DNA of 64,000 bases. Source: Candidatus Krumholzibacteriia bacterium. Its GTDB lineage: Bacteria; Krumholzibacteriota; Krumholzibacteriia; Krumholzibacteriales; Krumholzibacteriaceae. The stretch's first letter is position 1. Each line of letters starts with the position of its first letter. A program made the position numbers and the translations under genes. Below are positions 57,428 through 64,000 of the stretch, piece after piece. Under the pieces are notes generated by a model, which was given only the letters and a program-made list of their open reading frames with translations, was not told the DNA's origin and made no database searches. The DNA lies in assembly GCA_963836185.1 (NCBI GenBank), contig CAWIIQ010000003.1, positions 288,001 through 352,000 on the forward strand. The letters are read 5' to 3'.

Positions 57428-57736
57428 CTTCCGCGATGTAAATTAATTATGACATTATGTGTAAAATAGATTGTCAGTGTAAAATTATAACTACAATAGT
57501 AGCAATATGTAATATAGTCATAAATCGTAAATAAATATATATATCTATACATATAATATTGACAATAGTCTGAATTGTGCGAGATGGTGGGATTCAGTGC
57601 CGTCTCTACCCCCCTGATTAAATTGAGGCCGTGTAGTTGTCTGTAGCCTGATCAGAAAGAAGGGAGAATGTGTATGGAAAAATAAGTGAAGTTCGCTTAA
57701 GGCAGGGATGTGTCTAAAACAAGGAGGGATGAACTA

Positions 57737-60490
57737 ATGATCGATAAAAAGCATGTTCTGGGCTGTGGAATTCTCATTTGTCTAATGCTACTTATATCAT
57801 TTCAGGAGGTGAGTGCACAATGCTCGTCGCCTCCAGTTGTTAATGCTGCTTATAGAACCTTTGTTCATAATTCTGGCTATTTTAACAACTGCGTGCAGGA
57901 TTATGATTTGGATATACCTGAAAGTTCGGCCTTTAAGACTTCTTTCGCCGGCTATTTTGCGAGTGCGCAACGACCTGTAATAGGAGATTGGTTTGATTAT
58001 GATAATTCAATATGTATTCCTTTAGGTAAAGATCCGCACGGTGTTGTTGTTGAGAGATATGTGAACTGCATGTCAAGTCTTTCTGCCGATATAGTAGATA
58101 ACTCCTATTACACACTCCCCTGGGATTCATTGGTTATCTATATCACTGAACAGTATTCAAATTCGGGGCGTGTCGTGAATCTCAGTACTGGTATGAGTTA
58201 TAACCCCGGCTGGGATATGGGAGAGATAGAAGCTATTTGCGCTGCCTATGATTCCGGGCTCGTGCTGTCTGGTCCGCATCCAGTGTGGATTGATGATCCA
58301 AATTATGGAGGATTGGAAGAATATGGGGATAAAGTGCTTTTATCCATGCCCATGAATTCTATGGGAGAACTGCTTCGCTATCATCCAGATCCGGATTGGG
58401 TGAACGCATGCTACATAGGCGTGCCCACTAATTGGCAAAGTGACACTAAGGCCAATCTTGCATTGCAAGGCACCTCTGTATTATCGGGCTTGACTATGGG
58501 CTATGTGGACGAAGGAATATCAGGGTCATATACTTCTGGTCTGTTATCAGGCTCGATGCAGTATATAGCTGATGTTGTTTATGAACGCGGATACCGGAAT
58601 GGCGAATTTACACAGAAGGTGTTGGACTACGTACTTTCCTCCTGCGATCGTATTGACGATCCGGAGAGTTACGCGTTTCATGAGCACGAGATCGGAGTCT
58701 TTCTTCATTCATATGCTCCCTGGTCACCGACATGGGGATATGGAGTGTACAGCGCCTGGAAAGCCTTGGTTTATGCGTACGGTTTCGGGATACTGGAGGC
58801 GAAAGATAGTGAGCTGGATCCAGGCAATTTAAATCCCCCTACTGTATTTTCCGATCATTTCCTGCTTCGGGGAGATCTGCTTGTCCCTGCAGATCAGGCA
58901 TTTCGTGTGAGTGAACTGGCCAGTATCAACATCGATCCCGACGCTTCAACTCCTGAAGGGCCGACTGATCTGGGATTATATCCAACACTTCACGAAATCC
59001 GGGTTGCTGGGGGCATGGAGATTGTAACGAGTATCGAGAACGGTGTGAACGCCACGGTCGTAATCGATCCTAGCGGATCGTGTACTGTTGAGGATGGGGG
59101 ATTGATAACGATCGGCTCAGGACAGATTCTGCATGTGATGACTGGCGGAGAGCTGAACCTGGAACAGGGCGGTCAAATAATCGTTATGGACGGCGGCAAA
59201 GTGGTGATGAAGGGTGATTTCAACATTGCCGGTCAGTTGACTATGCTACCGGGAAGTACTCTCGAGTTGTGGGATGAAGCACAGCTCTATCTTGAGGCCG
59301 ATTTAATGATCCCAGAAAATGTTGTCTTCTCTGCAAACACATACCCGCCATACAGCTTGAGTGCTGCCGAGATCATTGTCGCTGCTGAAGATGTTTCCTC
59401 ATCAGGCGCTGATCCGGACAGGGTCGAAATCGTCTGTGAGGGCAGGATGGTATTCTGTACTAGTAATCCGCAATTCCCGATTGTCATTAAGGGGGAAGAG
59501 GCGGGATCGGATACCTGGGCCGGTATTGTTCTGGACTCGGATAACACCACTGCCAGCCTGTTTTCAGCTGTTGAGATTTCCGATGCTGTCATCGGTCTGG
59601 ATATCAGCGGCAGTAACTTTACTGTCCTGATGAATATGGACTATTCAGAATGCGGAACCGGCTTGAGATTGTTCGGCAAACTGGGATATCAGGTCCTTAT
59701 TACAGGCGGTAAAGCGACTGCTTGTACCACTGGAATCAAACTCTGGCATTCAGATGTCAATCTCACTGGAATGTGGATCAACGGCAACGAAAAGGGTGTC
59801 ATATGCAATGGCAGCAGCCCTAAAGTGCGTGACTGCCACATCTATGATAACGACATCGGTATTCATATCCTTGACGGGCTTTCTATCCCGGATCTCGGCA
59901 CGATATCTGATTCGGGCGAGAACGATTTCCATGGAACTGATCCCGCGTATCCCGGCCTTGCAAATGATATCCATATCTATGCAACGAATCCGATCAGTGA
60001 TATCTATGCACAGAACAACTGGTGGGGCACAACGGTATCGTCGTTGATAGAGGCCAGAATCACTGTTGAATATCTCCCGCCGGTTGGTACAGGAGTAGTG
60101 GTTTATGTGCCTGTTCTGACTGCACTCCAGGGAATCTTGCCGGATCCGGATGCAGGCGCGATAAAGGATGACCCGAAGCGCCCGATGCATAGTGAGGGCG
60201 ATGAGATTCCTAAAGCGAACTATCTCAGTCAGAACTACCCCAATCCGTTCAATCCGGTGACGACCATCGTATTTGGTCTGGAAAAAGCCGGGCAGGTCGA
60301 TTTGCAGATCTATGACGCCTCGGGACGGCTTGTCAAGACACTGCTCGGGGAGATGAAGTCGGCCGGACGACATGAGGAAGTCTGGAACGGAACGGACAAC
60401 CTTGGGAACCAGGTCGCGAACGGTGTCTATTTTTATCGTCTGAAGGCAGCTGATTTTATGCAGACCAGAAAGATGATTCTGCTCAGATAG
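57737..60490 (+). CDS. Large secreted protein: divergent subtilase (S8)-like domain, beta-helix and FlgD-like tail
   Basis: RBS AGGAGG; signal peptide; degenerate S8 landmarks in order (DPHG, VVNLSTG, EGISGS, WGYG.YSAWKAL); beta-helix ending AQNNWWG; PNPFNP...RKMILLR. Confidence 0.65.
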   Translation: MIDKKHVLGCGILICLMLLISFQEVSAQCSSPPVVNAAYRTFVHNSGYFNNCVQDYDLDIPESSAFKTSFAGYFASAQRPVIGDWFDYDNSICIPLGKDPHGVVVERYVNCMSSLSADIVDNSYYTLPWDSLVIYITEQYSNSGRVVNLSTGMSYNPGWDMGEIEAICAAYDSGLVLSGPHPVWIDDPNYGGLEEYGDKVLLSMPMNSMGELLRYHPDPDWVNACYIGVPTNWQSDTKANLALQGTSVLSGLTMGYVDEGISGSYTSGLLSGSMQYIADVVYERGYRNGEFTQKVLDYVLSSCDRIDDPESYAFHEHEIGVFLHSYAPWSPTWGYGVYSAWKALVYAYGFGILEAKDSELDPGNLNPPTVFSDHFLLRGDLLVPADQAFRVSELASINIDPDASTPEGPTDLGLYPTLHEIRVAGGMEIVTSIENGVNATVVIDPSGSCTVEDGGLITIGSGQILHVMTGGELNLEQGGQIIVMDGGKVVMKGDFNIAGQLTMLPGSTLELWDEAQLYLEADLMIPENVVFSANTYPPYSLSAAEIIVAAEDVSSSGADPDRVEIVCEGRMVFCTSNPQFPIVIKGEEAGSDTWAGIVLDSDNTTASLFSAVEISDAVIGLDISGSNFTVLMNMDYSECGTGLRLFGKLGYQVLITGGKATACTTGIKLWHSDVNLTGMWINGNEKGVICNGSSPKVRDCHIYDNDIGIHILDGLSIPDLGTISDSGENDFHGTDPAYPGLANDIHIYATNPISDIYAQNNWWGTTVSSLIEARITVEYLPPVGTGVVVYVPVLTALQGILPDPDAGAIKDDPKRPMHSEGDEIPKANYLSQNYPNPFNPVTTIVFGLEKAGQVDLQIYDASGRLVKTLLGEMKSAGRHEEVWNGTDNLGNQVANGVYFYRLKAADFMQTRKMILLR

Positions 60491-60518
60491 CTGCTTGAAT
60501 TAAAGGAGATTAAGACTG

Positions 60519-60552
60519 AAACGAGGCAGTTCCGGATGAGCTGCCTCGTTTT
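60519..60552. terminator. Bidirectional intrinsic terminator
   Basis: aaacgaggcagttc...gagctgcctcgtttt. Confidence 0.75.
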
Positions 60553-60584
60553 GTGAGTGCCCTGATGTGTTGTGCGCAGTTTTC

Positions 60585-62867
60585 TTATCTCAGCAATACC
60601 ATCTTTCTTGATAAAGTTTCCTTGCCCATGGTCAGCCTGTAGAAGTATGTGCCTGAGCTCATGGCTTTGCCGCGTCCGTCGAGGCCGTCCCATCCGATTG
60701 AATGGTGTCCCTGGTCCTGGGCCTCATCTGCCAGGCGGGCGACAAGTCTCCCCGAAACATCAAAGATATTCAGAGTGACCCTGCCATCGGCAGGCAGGAA
60801 GTAAGTGATGCTGGTCGATGGGTTGAACGGGTTGGGATAGTTCTGGTTCAACGTGAGGGGGAGTCTCGGTACATTGATTGGATCTGTCTCGAAGAGTATC
60901 TGTTCGCCGGTCTCGTCGAGGACGGACACGCGATACCTGTACGATTCCCCGGGAACAATCCGATTGTCTACAAACGAAAAAGAACTCCCATCTCCCGCAA
61001 TCGGCGGATCGGGGATGTCGGCGTACTGCCAGGCAGGGCCCTTTGCTCTTTGCAGAGTGAAAGCGTTCGATTCCCTGTAGCCTGAGACCGACCAGGTGAC
61101 GGTTGCCGCAGACCGCCCGATTGATACCGAATGGTCCAGGAGAAGAGTCGCTACATAGTCGCAGCCGACTCCAAGAGCCCCGATCAGGCCGCAGCTGTTG
61201 TCGTACGGATGATTCCCCGCGCTGCAGGGCGACAGTACATGAAGGTAATACTCATCCTCTGACGGGCAGAAGAGGGGATTGGCCGAGAAATTTCCATTGA
61301 TGCCGGTCTGGTCGGGGATGCCGACGTACTCAATGTCTCCGTTGTTGAACAGGTCGCAGCAGGAAACGGTGATGTCTGGAGATTCTGTGTAGATTCCGCC
61401 GCCGCCTAGTTCAGGAGCTCCTTGTGTGTTGTTTGCGATTATGCAGTTCTTAATGGAAGCGTTCGATCCGGATGGGCACCTTATTGCTGCGAATCCGATG
61501 TTGTTAACAATAGTATTCTGCTCTATGACTGGGGCTTCTCGAGTGCAATATATTCCCCCTGTGTAGTACCCGAAGCCATTGTTTTCCTCAATAACGTTAT
61601 TAATAATCCTGGGTGATCCTGATCTACAACTGATACCAGCTGCATCGGCCCCTACTCCTGCGAAATTCTGTTTAATATGGTTGCCGGATATCAGAATTGA
61701 TGAGTAGCATACAATGCCGCCGCTCCAATTCCCTATAATCAGGTTGTCAGTGATAGCTGAAGTCGAAACGCCATTGTAATAGATCCCGCCCGTATAATCG
61801 TCTGAATTGTTGTTGCTTATAACATTGTTGCTTATTGAAGAGTGCAGCGAACTGTTCAACGCGATGCCGCCTGGCAATTGGGATGAGCCATCATTGTGAT
61901 GGATGTTGTTGCCATCGATGTCTGTTTCACAGTCCCAGCAGTAAATTCCGCAAGAGGAGTTGTTCCCGATTTCATTGTTATGAATCTCAAGATTGCTGTA
62001 GTCGGCAGTAATCCCTCCGCCGTTATTGGTGATTATATTGTCTTCGATCAATACTGATGATTCCACGACCCAGAGGCCGCCTCCCAGTGTTGCGCCGGGG
62101 GCAGAAATGGTGGAGGGGGATGCTGTCGGGAGGGCGGAATCGCTCCTGTTTTGCTTATAATCAGAAGCCGAATAGTTATATCTAATATCGTTTCCCGATA
62201 TGTAAGCATCGCTGCATGTCCAGAGCAGGATCCCACCGCCACCGCCCATGTGACAATCGTTGGAGTACAATGTGTTGTTCTCTATCCTCGGGGATCCATC
62301 GCGGCAGTATATGCCTCCTCCATCACTTACAACGTAACATTGGGAGATCTGGTTATTATTGATAACGGGGGAACATGAGAAACTCGCGATTCCGCCTCCC
62401 TTTATTGCGGCACAACGCGAAATGACATTGAACTGGATCGTCGGGGATGAAGATTCACACAGGATCGCGCCTCCGTCATCCCAACCTACACTTGCTGCCC
62501 CGCCGTTGATTATCTCGAAGCCCTCGAGTATGGAGGATTCCGTCTCTCCTGAATGGAAATGAAAGCCTCGGTGCGTAGAAATATCCTCGCAGTCAATGAT
62601 GGTGGCATCTGTGACAAGCGCGTCGAACCTGCTCATAGACATCACGACGATCGGCTTACCTTTGAAGTCGAGATCCCAGTTCCCGTCGCCCCTGTAGGTG
62701 CCGGGCGCGGCGAGCACCGTGTCCCCGGCGGCGCAGGAATCTATCCCCGCCTGAATATTGATGACCGAGCCGGTACTGTCGGGCATGACCTGCCAGATCC
62801 TGGCAGCAGGATCGCCCGAAAATATCACCAGGAAGGTGGTGACTGATAACAAGAAGATGCCCCTCAT
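60585..62867 (-). CDS. Secreted right-handed beta-helix repeat protein with FlgD-like tail
   Basis: IQAGID...GDTVLAAPGTY, repeated GGGIxC..SPxIxNN, GNFSANPLF and PNPFNP...RKMVLLR. Confidence 0.85.
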   Translation of the reverse strand: MRGIFLLSVTTFLVIFSGDPAARIWQVMPDSTGSVINIQAGIDSCAAGDTVLAAPGTYRGDGNWDLDFKGKPIVVMSMSRFDALVTDATIIDCEDISTHRGFHFHSGETESSILEGFEIINGGAASVGWDDGGAILCESSSPTIQFNVISRCAAIKGGGIASFSCSPVINNNQISQCYVVSDGGGIYCRDGSPRIENNTLYSNDCHMGGGGGILLWTCSDAYISGNDIRYNYSASDYKQNRSDSALPTASPSTISAPGATLGGGLWVVESSVLIEDNIITNNGGGITADYSNLEIHNNEIGNNSSCGIYCWDCETDIDGNNIHHNDGSSQLPGGIALNSSLHSSISNNVISNNNSDDYTGGIYYNGVSTSAITDNLIIGNWSGGIVCYSSILISGNHIKQNFAGVGADAAGISCRSGSPRIINNVIEENNGFGYYTGGIYCTREAPVIEQNTIVNNIGFAAIRCPSGSNASIKNCIIANNTQGAPELGGGGIYTESPDITVSCCDLFNNGDIEYVGIPDQTGINGNFSANPLFCPSEDEYYLHVLSPCSAGNHPYDNSCGLIGALGVGCDYVATLLLDHSVSIGRSAATVTWSVSGYRESNAFTLQRAKGPAWQYADIPDPPIAGDGSSFSFVDNRIVPGESYRYRVSVLDETGEQILFETDPINVPRLPLTLNQNYPNPFNPSTSITYFLPADGRVTLNIFDVSGRLVARLADEAQDQGHHSIGWDGLDGRGKAMSSGTYFYRLTMGKETLSRKMVLLR

Positions 62868-63146
62868 CGATTTGCCCTCCGGCCGGACTGTGTTTTAGTT
62901 TTTTAGTACGGATGTACTGCCCCTCTACTCTATAAGAACGTTTCGTGCCATCGTTCCTGAGCTTTGAGTGTGGAATTGTAACGCAATTCAAGGTATCGGG
63001 TTATGCGGTTCGTTCTCTCAGGGCTCCCCGCCATTTGTGTCGATTCCTGCGGGCTATTACCCAGCATGAAGAGAGGCAGTGGGAAGTATCGCTCATCGTT
63101 TGCTGCAGGGGTGGTGCCTGATTCGGCTGTTTCCGTCTCCGGCCGC

Positions 63147-63200
63147 TTGACACGGGAGGCTCCCTGATATATATTATGGAATAACAGTACTATTATTCCA
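63147..63200 (+). promoter_or_regulatory. Sigma-70 promoter and probable Rrf2 auto-operator
   Basis: TTGACA-17-TATATT immediately followed by the palindrome TGGAATAA-N8-TTATTCCA (63177-63200). Confidence 0.7.
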
Positions 63201-63223
63201 ATTATGTTTACAGGGAGGCTCGG

Positions 63224-63655
63224 ATGAAAGGCATTCTCAAGTTATCAGAGGCGGCTTCGATGGGGTATCACGCCCTCGCCGTCCTTGCGGGCAATCCGGA
63301 CAAGTACCTTACTGCCGGGGAGATATCAAGGATGATCTCCGGCTCGGAGGCGCATCTCGCAAAGGTGATGCGAAGGCTCGTCCGCGCGAGGCTTGTCTCT
63401 TCGACCAGGGGGCCCGGCGGAGGATTCAAGATCGCGAAACCTGCAGCCGAGATATCTCTGCTCGATATCTACGAAGCTATCGAGGGCAAGTTCGAGACGG
63501 CCGACTGCATGATGGACTCACCGTGCTGCGTCGAGAACGAGTGCATCATGGGCTCAATGATCAGGTCGGTCAACCTCGAGGTCTTCGAGTACTTCAGGTC
63601 GAGAAAGCTCTCCGACTTCGCCGAATCGTGCCAGCTGGGCAAGGAAGCCTGCTGA
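63224..63655 (+). CDS. Rrf2 family transcriptional regulator
   Basis: HLAKVMRRL..ARLVSSTRGPGGGF, ISLLDIYEAIEG and a C-terminal Cys cluster. Confidence 0.93.
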   Translation: MKGILKLSEAASMGYHALAVLAGNPDKYLTAGEISRMISGSEAHLAKVMRRLVRARLVSSTRGPGGGFKIAKPAAEISLLDIYEAIEGKFETADCMMDSPCCVENECIMGSMIRSVNLEVFEYFRSRKLSDFAESCQLGKEAC

Positions 63656-63656
63656 G

Positions 63657-64000
63657 GTGACCCGTTACACCTCAATAACCTCGTGGGCCCTGGTGTCCAT
63701 AGCGGTCCTCGTGATCTCATCGGCGGCATTTGCCGCCGCCGGGACCGATGAGCAGAAGAAGCTCGCCGAGGATGCCGGTGGTGAGTTCGCCGGAGAGGCG
63801 GTCCTCGCGGGCGATCCGTCACTTGAGGATTACCTTGCCTATGCCGCCCAGAAGAATCCCGGCCTCAGGGCCGCTTACTACGGATGGACGAGCAGGCTAG
63901 AGCGTGTCCCGTCAGTATCGAGCCTTCCCGAACCTGTTTTCTCCTACATGTATTACGTCGAGAGTGTCGAGACGAGGGTAGGCCCGCAGAGGCAGAAGTT
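63657..64000 (+). CDS. TolC family outer-membrane efflux protein (3' partial)
   Basis: Open frame MTRYTS...SLEDYLAYAAQKNPGLRAA...SLPEP...VETRVGPQRQK, typical of CusC/CzcC-type TolC N-termini. Confidence 0.75.
   Translation, partial: MTRYTSITSWALVSIAVLVISSAAFAAAGTDEQKKLAEDAGGEFAGEAVLAGDPSLEDYLAYAAQKNPGLRAAYYGWTSRLERVPSVSSLPEPVFSYMYYVESVETRVGPQRQK

Noticed and set aside
54281-62867. Repetitive sequence as a possible CRISPR array or DNA repeat
   Set aside because: The periodicity is at the protein level (LVIVD and beta-helix repeats); no identical nucleotide repeats with spacers and no cas genes were seen.

Overview
A GC-rich, diderm bacterial window. Seven secreted proteins end in a 'PNPFN(P)xT...KMxLxR'-type FlgD/T9SS-like tail and one ends in a 'TWGxxKxL' tail, which suggests an FCB-group candidate phylum such as Krumholzibacteriota (inference). 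Many genes carry single-base frameshifts, most likely long-read consensus errors, so several CDS are reconstructed across frames. (1) 1-7.2 kb: arylamine N-acetyltransferase-like gene, DUF4416, LytS/LytTR two-component system, CGGC protein, an outer-membrane protein and a CocE/NonD hydrolase. (2) 7.3-29.5 kb: a ~22 kb beta-1,3-glucan utilisation locus with a GH149 phosphorylase, four GH16s, GH17, GH30, a clan GH-A TIM barrel fused to a probable outer-membrane beta-barrel, CBM-like proteins, and a GPH-family MFS transporter carrying a circularly permuted Ig/cadherin array in an outward-facing loop. No SusC/SusD is present. (3) 29.7-40.9 kb: oxidoreductases, a kinase remnant, a CoA-activase operon behind triple LytTR-like boxes, an M16 peptidase pair and OsmC. 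(4) 40.9-53 kb core genes: tRNA-Leu, LpoB-like/COG3014, smpB-amidase-GerMN-murI-rph-rdgB, an ABC-2 exporter, GT4 and tRNA-Pro. (5) 53-63 kb: accessory secreted proteins, with a decayed second tRNA-Pro copy and a highly divergent subtilase. (6) An Rrf2 regulator and a partial TolC-family gene. The strongest novelty candidates are the MFS-Ig fusion and the SusCD-less glucan uptake architecture.
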